This document shows positions 38,200 to 50,819 of a stretch of 64,000 nt of DNA, one piece after another. The position numbers and the translations under genes are program-made. The notes beneath the pieces were generated by a model. The model was given only the letters and a program-made list of their open reading frames with translations, made no database searches and had not been told where the DNA came from. The stretch is from Mobula hypostoma (taxonomy: Eukaryota), in assembly GCF_963921235.1 (NCBI RefSeq), contig NC_086118.1, forward strand, positions 27,592,001 through 27,656,000, in the 5' to 3' direction. Positions within the stretch are counted from its first letter, which is position 1. The number at the start of each line of letters is the position of its first letter.

Positions 38200-38668
38200 A
38201 GCTCAGGGTGGAGGAACAACACCTTATATTCCGTCTGGGTACCCTCCAACCTGAATGCATGAATATCGATTTCCCCTTCTGTTGAACAAATTACCTCCCC
38301 CCCCAACATAACTGTTCTTCTTTTCCATACTCTGACCTTTCACTTCTTCTCACCTGCCTATTATTCCTCCGTGAATCCCGTCCTCCTTCCTTTTCTCCTA
38401 TGGTCCACTCTTCTCTCCTATCAGATTCCTTCTTCTCCAGCCCACGACCTTTCCCACCCATCTGGCTTCGTCTGTCACCTTCCAGCTAACCTCTCTCACC
38501 TCCTCCCCTCAGATTTTAATTCTGGCAACTCCCCCCACGCCTTCTCAGTCCTGAAGAAGGGTCTTGGGCAGAAACGTCAACTGTTTAGTCTTTTCCATAG
38601 ATGCTACCTGTCCTGCTGAGTTTCTCCAGCGTTCTGTGTACTTTGCTCTAGATTTCCAGCATATGCAG
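38200..38668 (+). mobile_element. PLE 3' end with hammerhead-like motif at ~38546-38583
   Basis: 'LRVEEQHLIFRLGTLQP' remnant, pyrimidine-rich UTR, and 'cagtcctgaagaagggtcttgggcagaaacgtcaactg'. Confidence 0.8.
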
Positions 38669-39554
38669 TACCTATTACTACCTTGTTTTCTGTTTTCATA
38701 TGGTGAAATTTATTTGAAAGCATACAGAAGCAAATATGATTGATAGACTGCAATCTATACAGGTCCAGACCTCGTTGGGAAGCATATAGTAGAAAAGAAG
38801 GAATGTAGCAAGCTATGATGTTGAAGCTCTAGCTATGCAGGGTTATTGGTGCAATAAAGTTAATTATCAGGCAACGTGGCTGTATAACTCCATCAGAAGT
38901 GGGTAGGGAAGATTAAATTAATTAACTCCACCTTTCAAATTTTTAATGGGAAGCATTTTCCACATTATGGGCAGGACTGGTGATTAAAGTTGTCCTGAGA
39001 AATGTATAAATCTAGAAGTACTAGCAAACTGAAGCATTTCAATCCCATTTAGATCTGCAAGGAGATTGTAAAACAAATCATGATCAGAATTTCATTTGGT
39101 ACTTATGATGTGCAGTGTTTCATTTTAATATAAATGAATTCATTCATTTAAAAAAAAAGTACTTGAATCATCACTAAGAAAGCAATTATCATCTCATATT
39201 TGTTGAGCTGTATTTCTTCTGAGCTAACAGTCCTATATCTTTTTTATTACTATCACTCGCTTTCTGTTTATACTGAAAATTTTAATAAAATAGCTAAAAT
39301 GATCAACCATTTATAAAAGGATCAAAACCACAAAATTAAGCTGAATTATTGTTTTACCCAACACCATAGATGTTGATTAACTTGCAATTTGCACAGCACA
39401 TTGCTAGCATACCTTTTTAGAATAATTCTTCCTAATGAACTAAAGTAGCTGTTACAGTACATCCGTATATCATATGTGTTGCTCATGCACTTAGGAAATA
39501 AGCTGAGAGGCAATTGGTGATGTCAGTTCTTCTCAAATAGTACCAATCTTCTTA

Positions 39555-42500
39555 ATTTTGGAAAATGATGCTGGAGAGGTAGTAATGGGGACCAAGGAAA
39601 TGGCGGACGAACTGAATAAGTATTTTGAATACTTCGCTGTGGAAAACACTTGCAGTGTGCCAGAAGTTTGAGAATCTCAGGAGTAAAAAGGTTCTTGGGA
39701 GACTGAAAGGTCTGAAGATAGATAAGTCGCCTGGACCAGTTGGTCTACACACCAGGTTTTTGAAAGAGGTTGCTGAAGAGATTGTGGAGACAATAGTAAT
39801 GATCTTTCAAGAATCAATTGATTCTGGCATGGTTCCAGAGGACTGGAAAATTGCAAATGTCACTCCACTCTTCAAGAAGGGAGAGAAGCAGTAGAAAGCA
39901 AATTATAGGCCTGTCAGTCTGACCTCAGTGGTTGGGAAGATGTTGGAGTTGATTGCTAAGGATGTGGTTTTGGGGTACCATAGAACCATAGAACCATAGA
40001 AACTACAGCACAGAAACAGGCCCTTTGGCCCTTCTTGGCTGTGCTGAACCATTTTCTGCCTAGTTCCACTGACCTGCACACGGACCATATCCCTCCATAC
40101 ACCTCCCATCCATGTACCTGTCCAATTTATTCTTAAATGTTACAAAAGAACCCGCATTTACCACCTCGTCTGGCAGCTCATTCCATACTCCCACCACTCT
40201 CTGTGTGAAGAAGCCCCCCCCTAATGTTCCCTTTAAACTTTTCCCCCCTCACCCTTAACCCATGTCCTCTGGTTTTTTTCTCCCCTTGCCTCAGTGGAAA
40301 AAGCCTGCTTGCATTCACTCTATCTATACCCATCATAATTTTATATACCTCTATCAAATCTCCCCTCATTCTTCTACGCTCCAGGGAATAAAGTCCTAAC
40401 CTATTCAACCTTTCCCTGTAACTGAGTTTCTCAAGTCCCGGTAACATCCTTGTAAACCTTCTCTGCACTCTTTCAACCTTATTTATATCCTTCCTATAAT
40501 TTGGTGACCAAAACTGAACACAATACTCCAGATTCGGCCTCACCAATGCCTTATACAACCTCATCATAACATTCCAGCTCTTATACTCAATACTTCGATT
40601 AATAAAGGCCAATGTACCAAAAGCTCTCTTTACGACCCTATCTACCTGTGACGACACTTTTAGGGAATTTGGTATCTGTATTCCCAGATCCCTCTGTTCC
40701 ACTGCACTCCTCAGTGCCTTATCATTAACCCTGTATGTTCTACGTTGGTTTGTGCTTCCAACGTGCAATACCTCACACTTGTCAGTATTAAACTCCATCT
40801 GCCATTTTTCAGCCCATTTTTCCAGCTGGTCTAAGTCCCTCTGCAGGCTTTGAAAACCTTCCTCACTGTCTACTACACCTCCAATCTTTGTATCATCAGC
40901 AAACTTGCTGATCCAATTTACCACATTATCATCCAGATCATTGATTTAGATGACAAATAACAATGGACCCAGCACTGATCCCTGTGGCACACCACTAGTC
41001 ACAGGCCTCCACTCAGAGAAGCAATTCTCTACCACCACTCTCTGGCTTCTTCCTTCGAGCCAATGTCTAATCCAATTTACCACCTCTCCATGTATATCTA
41101 GCGACTGAATTTTCCTAACTAACCTCCCATGCGGGACCTTGTCAAAGGCCTTACTGAAGTCCATGTAGACAATATCCACTGCCTTCTCTTCATCCACTTT
41201 CCTGGTAACCTCCTCGAAAAACTCCAACAGATTGGTCAAACATGACCTACCACGCACAAAGCCATGTTGACTCTCGCTAATAAGCCCCTTTCTATCCAAA
41301 TGCTTGTAGATTCTGTCTCTTAGTACTCCCTCCAATAACTTACCCACTACTGATGTTAAACTCACCGGCCTTTAATTTCCCGGATTACTTTTCGATCCTT
41401 TTTTAAACAACGAAACAACATGAGCCACTCTCCAATCCTCTGGCACTTCACCCGTAGACAGCGACATTTTAAATATTTCTGCCAGGGCCCCCGCAATTTC
41501 AACACTAGTCTCCTTCAAAGTCCGAGGGAACACTCTGTCAGGTCCCGGGGATTTATCCACTTTAATTTTCCTCAAGACAGCAAGCACCTCCTCCTTTTCA
41601 ATCTGTACAGTTTCCATGATCTCACTACTTGATTCCCTCAATTCCATAGATTTCATGCCAGCTTCCTTAGTAAATACAGACGCAAAAAATCTATTTAAGA
41701 TCTCCCCCATTTCCTTTGGTTCCGCACAAAGCCGACCACTCTGATCTTCAAGAGGACCAATTTTATCCCTTACAATCCTTTTGCTCTTAATATACTTGTA
41801 AAAGCTCTTTGGATTATCCTTCACTTTGACTGCCAGGCAACCTCATGTCTTCTTTTAGCCCTCCTGATTTCTTTCTTAAGTATTTTCTTGCACTTCTTAT
41901 ACTCCTCAAGCACCTGATTTACTCCCTGTTTCCTATACATTTCATACAACTCCCTCTTCTTCTTTATCAGAGTTGCAATATCCCTTGAGAACCAAGGTTC
42001 CTTATTCCTATTCAATTTGCCTTTAATCCTGACAGGAACATACAAACTCTGCACTCTCAAAATTTCCCCTTTGAAGGCTTCCCACCTACCAATCACATCT
42101 TTGCCAGAGAACAACCTGTCCCAATCCATGCTTTTTAGATCTTTTCTCATTTCTTCAAATTTGGCCTTCTTCCAGTTCAGAACCTCAACCCTAGGACCAG
42201 ATCTATCCTTGTCCATGATCAAGTTGAAACTAATGGTGTTATGATCACTGGAACCAAAGTGCTCCCCTACACAGACTTCTGTCACTTGTACTTGGAAGCA
42301 CATGATAAAATAGGCCGTAGTTAGTATGGTTTCTTTAAGGGAAAATCTTCCCTGACAAATCTGTTAGAATTCTTTGAAGAATTAACAAGCAGGATAGACA
42401 AAGGAGAATTGGTTGATGCTGTGTACTTGGATTTTCAGAAGGCTTTTGAAAAGATGTCACACATGAAGCTGCCTAACAAGTTAAGAGCCCATGGTATTAC

Positions 42501-42690
42501 AGGAAAAATACAAGCATGGATAGTCCATTATTTACTGGCAGGAGGCAAAGAGAGGGAATAAAGAGAGCCTTTTCTGGTTGGCTGCTGGTGACTAGTGGTA
42601 TTCCACAGGGGTCTGTGTTGGGTCTGATGCTTTTTACATTATATATCGATGGATGATGGAATTGATTGTTTTGTGGCCAAGTTTATGTTG
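39555..42690 (+). mobile_element. Older CR1 RT fragment (host) split by an antisense CR1
   Basis: 'LKGLKIDKSPGP.GLH.R.LKEVAEEIV...WKIANVTPLFKKG' then 'KDVVLGY|LEAHDKIGRS' continues after 42288. Confidence 0.85.
39979..42287 (-). mobile_element. Younger CR1 LINE (EN C-terminus to RT end) nested in an older CR1
   Basis: ORFs 41821-42303, 41372-41824, 40946-41365 and 40178-40924 with SDHN, GVPQGSVLGP and KFADDTK. (CATAGAAC)n tail. GTAC duplicated at 39975-39978 and 42288-42291. Confidence 0.95.
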
Positions 42691-42911
42691 CATTGGAAAT
42701 GTAACTCCATGAAATTCTGCCCTACTCTGTGGAGGAACTCATGTCTGTTCAGGCCAGTGCACTTGAAGCACGTTTGAAAAATATATAAATAGGCACATGT
42801 GTCTTTAAAAACGCAAACGACAGGAATTCTGAAGATGCTGGAAATTCAAGCAACACACATAAAAGTTGCTGGTGAACGCAGCAGGCCAGGCAGCATCTCT
42901 AGGAAGAGGTG

Positions 42912-42947
42912 CAGTCGACGTTTCAGGCCAAGACCCTTCGTCAGGAC
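42912..42947 (-). ncRNA. Minimal type I hammerhead ribozyme motif (PLE type)
   Basis: The minus strand reads GTC-CTGACGA-AGGGTCTTGGCCT-GAAACGT-C-GAC: CUGANGA and GAAA core, stem II, palindromic ACGU in place of stem III, and stem I GUC/GAC. Confidence 0.7.
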
Positions 42948-42958
42948 ATGATGACCCT

Positions 42959-42993
42959 TCCTGATGAAGGGTCTCGGCCTGAAACGTCGACTG
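42959..42993 (+). ncRNA. Minimal type I hammerhead ribozyme motif (PLE type), short stem I
   Basis: TC-CTGATGA-AGGGTCTCGGCCT-GAAACGT-C-GACTG. Confidence 0.6.
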
Positions 42994-43286
42994 CACCTCT
43001 TCCTAGAGATGCTGCCTGGCCTGCTGCGTTCACCAGCAACTTTTATGTTTGTCACATGTGTCTTTAGCCCACTCAATGCCTTGCTGAGGCTTTTGGCCCA
43101 AGCCAACTTCTCATCGACATAAACTCTCCGGATGAGTTTGTTGCTATTTGACATCAGAGCTTTAAGGCATAAAGGAGGACTGACTACTAAACCTCCCTGT
43201 GTGGGAAGATCAGCTGGAGAGAATAGAAGCCTTAACATTCACAGATGCTGTTCTCGATATACACCATTGAAGGGGCATAAAATATA

Positions 43287-43810
43287 CATTGAGTGGCCAC
43301 TTTATTAGGCGCATCTATATACCTGCTTTTTAATATACATATCTAATCAGCCAATCATGTGGCAGCCACTCAATGCATTAAAGCATGCAGACATGGTCAT
43401 GGTGTTTAGTTGTTGTTCAGACCAAATATTAGAATGGGGGAAGAAATGTGATCCAAGTGACTTTGCAATGTTTTGAACAACTCAGAAACTGCAGACCTTT
43501 TGGGATTTTCACACACAGCAGTCTCTAGAGTTTGCAGAGAACGACACAAGAAACAAAAAAGAAAATCCAGTGAGTGGTAGTTCTATGGACGAAAATGCTT
43601 TGTTAATGAGAGAGGTCAGAGGAGAATGGCAAGACTGGTCCGAGCTAACAGGAAGGTTAACCAGGCATTACAACAGTGATGTGCCATAGAGCACTTCTGA
43701 ATGCACAGCACTTTGAAGTGGATAATCTACCACAGCAGAAGACCACCAACATACTGTCAGAGGCCACTTTATCAGATACAGGAGGTATGTAATAAAGTGG
43801 CCACTGAGTG
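43287..43810 (+). mobile_element. Tc1-like non-autonomous DNA transposon
   Basis: TA-flanked TIRs CATTGAGTGGCCACTTTATTA / TAATAAAGTGGCCACTGAGTG. Transposase N-terminal remnant 'MGKKCD.SDF...SETADLLGFSHTAVSRVCRE...GRKCFVNERGQRRMARLVRANRK'. Confidence 0.85.
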
Positions 43811-44391
43811 TATTTTGCACAGGATGTGCTAGGATGAACCTGGAGCAGAGGAAAATGAAATGAGCTCAAGGTATGAGTCACAGACGTGTACTTTGCAAAC
43901 AAATTGTTGTTTGTACAGCCAAGACAAGGTTAGTTGCCTTACACGTCACATCTGACAGGTAAATGCAAACTAGCAACACACATTGCTTACCTATCTCACA
44001 ATAATATTAACAGCCAAGTAAGCATCAACCCTGATTGGATGGTTGCCCAACCTACAAAGCTGCTGGAGTCAGGGGGATTAAGTGGGGGGGGGGAGGAAAG
44101 AAGGGGGTGCAGTATAACCACAATAGCAACAACAATCGATTCATCAGTTCAGTAAAACAATGATGAAAATCCTAGCCTAAAATCCTGGAGCTATGACTCA
44201 GATACTGGTGCCTTGAGGGCAGAACAAGCAAGATTGGAAAGGCATGTTGCACATTGAAAGGCACCTAGCAATAGAATGGTCTGGTTAAGTCAGAGGAATG
44301 ATTGAGCCAGACTCCTAAAGGGTGAGATCACAGATCAGTTCTTCTCACGAGAATTCAGAATAGATCTACGAATGAGGAGCACAGATGGGAA

Positions 44392-44576
44392 ACAAGAGAA
44401 AATCAGCAGATGATGGAAATCCAAGCAACACACACAAAATGCTGGAGAGGCCCAGCAGGCCAAGCAGCATCTAAGGAAAAGAGTGAACAGTCAACGTTTC
44501 AGGCCGAGAAAAGTTGACTGTTGACTCTTTTCTATAGGTGCTGGCCTGCTGATTTCCTCCAGTACTTAGTGTGTGT
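44392..44576. mobile_element. PLE-terminus-derived palindromic insertion (centre deleted) with 14-bp TSD
   Basis: Same family as 42808. TSD agcacagatgggaa (44378-44391) / agcagagataggaa (44577-44590). Confidence 0.75.
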
Positions 44577-45334
44577 AGCAGAGATAGGAAGGCTGTTGTG
44601 AATCTAAATTGAAATGATCAGTGCATTGCTTGGCCTGCCCGAGAACAACAACAGAACCAGGAGACCATCCTTGCCATTTAGGAAATGGCGGGCACTGCAG
44701 TGCCAATGGGTATCGACACTTCCACCGTGCAGTTACTGAAGGATAAGGTTTTCTGTTTTCATTGGGCACAATTGAAAATCAGCCAAATACTGTGTCCCAG
44801 TGAAATTAAATATTTGGTAACTGCTGGTCTTGTGCATCTAGCCCTGTGTGAGGTTTTGGCTTCAATGTTTGGTATATCCTGAAACATGCCTTATATTTCA
44901 TCTCATCAAGGAAGCTGGTTTGTATGCTGCACTGGTTCTCTCAATTAATCTTGTATGCTTAAAAGTTAATTGAGAGAGGGAACTACCAACTTTTTCGAGT
45001 GAAAAAGGAGTTCAATTAATCAACAGGAAACAATTAGTTTTGGGAAATAACCACATGAGAATTGAACCAAAAGACCAAGAAATGCATGGGTGGTTTCTGT
45101 TTGTCAAATACAAACTCAATCTTATCATTGAAGGGATCTATTTATCCAGATGTAATGCTTTCCAGCTATGATGTTTGGCAACTTTTGATCTTTTAGTACT
45201 CATGAAAAGGATTATGAAACTGTGTGATGTTTTTGAGTAGAGTGAGCTTGCATTGAATTAAAAGAAAAGACCATGGCCAGCAAGCATTTGAAAATACTGT
45301 ATACGTTAACCTTAGATGGGCCAGGTTCCCCAAA

Positions 45335-45970
45335 GTTGTTATAGCCGGGGATAGGAGTAGGGTAAGCTCCCACCACCTATTAAATGGTTTGCATCTCCAG
45401 TAGCCTCTGACAACTGAGTCTAGCTCCTGGCTTTCATGTGCAACTAACTTAGCTATCAGTCTCCAAATCAAAATCAGGTTTAATACCACTGCATGTGTCG
45501 TGAAATTTGTTAACTTAGTAGCTGCAGTACAATGCAACACATGATAAATATGGAGAAAATAAATAAACAAACAAATAATTAAAAAATATTATACAAAAAA
45601 GTTAATTGTTAACAGCACATCCAGGGGAAGGAAAACTCTGACCTCAAACACTCGCTGCCTTTCAGCTATACCCACTCATGAGGAAGACTTTGGAATTAAA
45701 CCCCAAGGAAAAATGCAGAGCTGGAGTCCTGAAGGCAATCCTACATTGAGTTCAGAACTGACTGGCAACTCCTGTGAGGTTGCTGGTGCCAAATGGTGTT
45801 AGTCTCTGCCGTTCCTTTGCATTCATCAACTGTACGGAAAGGGAGAGCCTCCTCCATGGGCAACAGCTTTCCCTGCATATTGTACTGCCCTGGCTTGCGT
45901 GTCATGTCGACAGCTGGGACATACCATCCATGGTTGGCACTGACCAGTGGAGGGCCTCTAGGTGGGCCAG
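45335..45970 (+). mobile_element. Interspersed repeat (RTE 5'-UTR-like) interrupted by a minus-strand Rex1 tail (~45465-45600)
   Basis: 'gggaaggaaaactctga...aaaccccaaggaaaaatgcagagctggagtcc' body and an 'aatcaggtttaataccactgcatgtgtcgtgaaatttgtt' Rex tail. Confidence 0.4.
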
Positions 45971-47569
45971 CCTAAAAAAGAACACAATTTCAAAACTGAT
46001 GCAGGGTGAATTAATCACCATTTTATTAGCCAAGATGGCAAGTGACATTAGATAATTCATAGCAAATATTTTTAAAAATGAGGCCAAATAACTGTTACAT
46101 TGTCTGCCTGGAGGATAATTCTTTTTATTTGGATCATTAATGTACAGACTTATGGAACCAGTTTATTCCTCATCAAGTACTTACTCCCAGTGTTTATTTA
46201 TATTGGTGAAAAGCTCTCTGCCAAATTAGGGTAATTTTGGGGGTGAAAGAAATGATCTGCTGGAGGAACTCAGCAGTTTCTGTGGGCGAGAGGAATTTTC
46301 GATGTGCCCAATTCTCAGTCTTCAGGAGCTGTCACCCACTGCCGGCCAACAGTAGTTCTGCAGGTGCCCGCGGGCAGCAGCGGTTTCAAAGCTAGACATG
46401 ATATGGTGAGACTTTGCTCTTTTCGTTTAGCAATACACACGCCTATGATTCAGTAAGGGGAAGATGTGCTATGATGGCGATGTGAGGAAGCTACTCAGGC
46501 GGGCAGCCTGGCTGATCTGTGAATGTCCAGGGCTGAGCATGGAGCGATTCTGCTAGAATTCTGACTACTTGGTACATGCAGTTCCTAAGGTTTATGTGAG
46601 GGGAAGGGAAGTGTTAAGAGACAGCAACCCGTGAGAGTGTTTTGTGGCTTAATGCCTCTGACAAATGGCTTCTGGTCATGTAGAGTGTGATGCACTAATT
46701 AATACTGTCACTACCAGGAATATACAGGGACACGTACTTCTGCGAGTGATTAGCACAGTGCCTTGCCAGACAAGCAGAACATTCAGTCATCATGACCTTT
46801 ATGAGTGGAAACAGTTGCCTAAGTATTAATTCTATGTTTCCCTTATTAAGAGGGGCTCTTGGTGAGTTCCTGCATCTGTGGCAGTCCACATAAGAGTGAC
46901 TACAACATTCACTGACTGGCTCCAAACCCACCAGTGGAAGCTGTTCAGCCAGTATGGTGGAATTGTGCTAACTTCTTGCCTTATGGAATAAAAGGATCCT
47001 TCAGGCTGTATTCCACGTGCCGAGTACCAAAATCACTGTGAGCTACAAATAACAGTAAGGGGCAGGCATTTTGAAAAGAATCGGCTAAGTTTTTGACAGG
47101 AATTGTCTTCATGACTGCCTCTCTTGTCGGCACAGCAGTATCCTTAAGGGTAACCTGTAATAGGATTAACGTGAGTTCCTCATAGAACCCCTCTGCTTAC
47201 AGTTCCCTTTGAACCATCAGAGATTTCTTGATTTTCACCAGATAATTAATTTTATATCTAGTGATAGTAAATGTACAGTAATATTAGAAATCAAATCAGA
47301 AAGGTCTTCGACATGAAAATATAATTCTATTTCTCTTTCCACAGATACTGACTAGCCTACTGAACGTCTCCAGATTTACTGTTTCTATTTTTCATGTTCC
47401 AGCGTCTGCAATATTTTTAATTTTAATTTACATGGGCTAATATCTGCTTTATTGCTGTTATGAATACAAAGTAGGAGCAGGTCTGTGCTTTGAAATACCC
47501 ATGATTGTTATATCCGGTCTCCCTGTTTTATAATAAGTTAATTATACAGTCGGTATGACATTTAGAAAT

Positions 47570-48080
47570 TTTAGGGGATTTTAACAAGACCAGCTTGAAA
47601 AAGTGTCTAAATAATTATCACCAACATGTCATTTGTAAAACCAGAGGAGGCAACATACTGGACCACTGTTATACTAACATCAAGAGTCCTTACTGTGCTA
47701 TCCCATGTCCACACTATGGGAAGTCTGGACATCTGGCTGCAATTCTCCTCCCTGACTATAACCAGAGTCTTCAGACTGCTGTGGTATCAGTACAGAGGAC
47801 CAAGAAGATATGGACAAGGTCAGTGCAGGAGTGTTTACAGGTCTGCTTAGTGTCGGTAGACTGGTCAGTATACGGGGATTCATGTTCGAGTCTGAATGAA
47901 TATGACACATTAAAACCTATGTGGATGAATGTGTGACTAAGAGAACATACCGCGCATAGCCAATTCAAAAGCCATGTTAGAAACAGGAGATTCATAGTCT
48001 GCTGAGGGTTAGGTCTGTGGCATTCAAGTCCGGTGATCCAGGACTATGCAAGAAGTCCAGGCACAACTTACAGAGGGCTA
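47570..48080 (+). mobile_element. Rex1/Babar LINE endonuclease-region fragment
   Basis: 'GDFNKTSLKKCLNNYHQHVICKTRGGNILDHCYTNIKSPYCAIPCPHYGKSGHLAAILLPDY'. Confidence 0.85.
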
Positions 48081-48081
48081 T

Positions 48082-49032
48082 AACCATAACTATATAACCA
48101 TATAATTAATTAATTACAGCATGGAAACAGGCCATCTCGACCCTTTTAGTCCGTGCCGAACTCTTACTCTCACATTGTTCCACCGACCTGCACTCAGCCC
48201 ATAACCCTCCATTCCTTTCCTGTCCATATATCTATCCAATTTAACTTTAAACGACAACATCGAACCTGCCTCAACCACTTCTGCTGGAAGCTCATTCCAC
48301 ACAGCTACCACTCTCAGAGTAAAGAAGTTCCCCTTCATGTTACCCCTAAACTTTTGCCCTTTAACTCTCAACTCATGTCCTCTTGTTTGAATCTCCCCCA
48401 TTCTCAATGGAAAAAGGCTATCCACGTCAACTCTATCAATCCCCCTCATAATTTTAAACACCTCTATCAAGTCTCCCCTCAACCTTCTACGCTCCAAAGA
48501 ATAAAGACCTAACTTGTTCAACCTTTCTCTGTAACTTAGGAGATGAAACCCAGGCAACATTTTAGTAAACCTCCTCTGTACTCTCTCAATTTTATTGACA
48601 TCTTTCCTATAATTCAGTGACCAGAACTGTACACAATAGTCCAAATTTGACCTTACCAATGCCTTATACAATTTCAACATTACAACCAACTCCTATACTC
48701 AATGCTCTGATTAATAAAGGCCAGCAAACCAGAAGGTTTCTTCACCACCCTACCCACATGAGATTCCACCTTTAGGGAACTATGCACCATTATTCCTGGA
48801 TCCCTCTGTTCTACAGCATTCTCTAATGCCCTACCATTTACCATGTATGTCCTATTTTGATTAGTCCTACCAAAATGTAGCACCTCACATTTTTCAGCAT
48901 TAAACTCCATCTGCCATCTTTCAGCCCACTCTTCTAACTCGCCTAAATCTCTCTGCAAGCATTGAAAACCTACTTCATTATCCACAATGCCACCTATCTT
49001 AGTATCACCTGCATACTTACTAATCCAATTTA
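48082..49032 (-). mobile_element. CR1 3' fragment (same subfamily as 20980-21526)
   Basis: ORFs 48680-48985 and 48114-48689 encode the RT C-terminus. (CATATAAC)-type tail. Confidence 0.93.
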
Positions 49033-49130
49033 CCTCATGAGCAAATGAATAATTCTAGTTGAGGTTAGAGTCAGAATTGGATGCATGTCAACTCTGGCAA
49101 GTTTGCAGGGCATTACTTCCTATAAAGTGA

Positions 49131-49422
49131 AACCTAAGTTTGGAGGTGTTGTGGATAGTGTGGAGGAGTGTCAGAGGTTACAGTGGGAGATTGATAGGAT
49201 GCAAATCTGGGCTGAGAAGCGGCAGATGGAGTTCAACCCAGATAAGTTCATTTTGGTAGGTCAAATATGATGGCAGAATATAGCATTAATGGTAAGGCTC
49301 TTGGCAGTGTGGAGGATCAGAGGGATCTTGGGGTCCAAGTCCATAAGACACTCAAAGCTGCTGCGCAGGTTGACTCTGTGGTTAAGAAGGAATACGGTGC
49401 ATTGGCCTTCATCACCTGTGGG
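49131..49422 (+). mobile_element. CR1 RT fragment
   Basis: 'GGVVDSVEECQRLQ.EIDRMQIWAEKRQMEFNPDK...GSVEDQRDLGVQVH'. Confidence 0.85.
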
Positions 49423-49484
49423 ATGTCAATATCCTTAAGGGTCCAACTTGGGCCCAAAATATTGATGCAGTTACTAAGAAGCCA

Positions 49485-50058
49485 TGACAGTGACTATATT
49501 TCATTGGGAGTTTGTGGAGATTTGGTATGTCATCAAAGACACAGCTGTATTGCGGAGAGCATTCTAACTGGCTGCATTACTGTCTGCTATGGGGAGGTGG
49601 CACTGCATAGGATTGAAATAAACTGCAGAAAGCTGTAAACTCAGTCAGCTCCATTAGGGGCACTAAACCTCCCCAGCATCTAGAACGTGTTCAAGGGTTG
49701 ATGCCTCACAAAAGCGGCCTCTTCATTAAGGACCTCCATCACCCAGAACATGCTCTCTTCCTCTTGCTATTCTTGCTATTGTCAGGGAGGAGGTACTGGA
49801 GCATGAAGGCACACAATTAATGATGCAGGAAGAGCTTCTTCTCCTCCTCTGCCAGCACATTTCCAAATGAACATTGAACTCATGAACATTACCGCACTAC
49901 TTTTTTTTCTCTCTTTTTGCAATATTTATTTAATTTAACTTTTTAAACACATTATATATATATATATAATATTATAATTTACAGTTTCAATTATTATGTA
50001 GATTAGGGTTGTGTATGGTGAAGTATATGGACGGATAATAAATTTACTTTGAACTTTG
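49485..50058 (+). mobile_element. Rex1/Babar LINE 3' fragment
   Basis: 'CIAESILTGCITVCYG' and tail 'aataaatttactttgaactttga'. Confidence 0.75.
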
Positions 50059-50349
50059 AAATGGTTTACAATTTGAACGTTTTTTTTTATAACATAGATA
50101 TCCTCTGTGAGTTTTTAGGAAGGTTGATTGAATTTAAGTGTGTATCACTGAAAATAAATGAATTATGGAAGTATCTTCACCTTGGTAGGGATGGGGACCG
50201 AGTAATTGGTATGAAGCGGATTGTCTTGGAGGATAAAGAGGGAAGTGAACTACTTTTTGAAGATTGGGTAGTTACGGTATAATCTCCCTTTAGTGAAAGT
50301 ACCCGTAGCGATCTATATCGGATAGGGCTTAAGGTCTTTGTCTGAGTTT

Positions 50350-50655
50350 AGAACATAAGAACAGTGCAGCATAGAAACAGGCCATTCAGCCCACAGTCTT
50401 GTACTGAACCAGTTAAAAAGCAAACCAGAAGCACTCAAACATTAATCCTTCCTACCTACACCATGTCCATAGCCCTCCATCTTCCTTACATCCATGTGGC
50501 TATCCAAACATCTCTTAAAAATCTCTGATGTATTTGCTTCTACCACTATACCAGGCAGCACATTCCAGGCATCCATGACTCTCTGAGTAAAAAAGCTTAT
50601 TCCTCACATCCCCTTTGAACCTACTCCCTCTCTCCTTCAAAGCATGCCCTCTGGT
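50350..50655 (-). mobile_element. CR1 3' fragment
   Basis: 'RGHALKERGSRFKGDVRNKLF' and tail 'agaacataagaac'. Confidence 0.75.
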
Positions 50656-50819
50656 ATTACACAGAACTTTGTGGTCAGCAAACCTAATACTGTCAAAAAT
50701 GAAACAGAATGCCACAGAAAAGGGGAACTCCTAGAACCTGGCACACTGACAGGATGCTGCCGTTGGACACAAGTGCTTACGTTTAGAGCAGACAGTGTCT
50801 TTAAAGACATTTGGGATTT

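Larger units (their letters stand above)
42808..43052. mobile_element. PLE-terminus-derived palindromic insertion with perfect 14-bp TSD
   Basis: 90-bp inverted arms 42857-42946 / 42959-43048 with 2 mismatches. TSD cacatgtgtcttta at 42794-42807 and 43053-43066. Confidence 0.9.

Noticed and set aside
48082..49422. Adjacent opposite-strand CR1 RT pieces as one twin-primed inversion
   Set aside because: The two pieces belong to different subfamilies (the plus piece resembles 11229-12122), so separate insertions are more likely.
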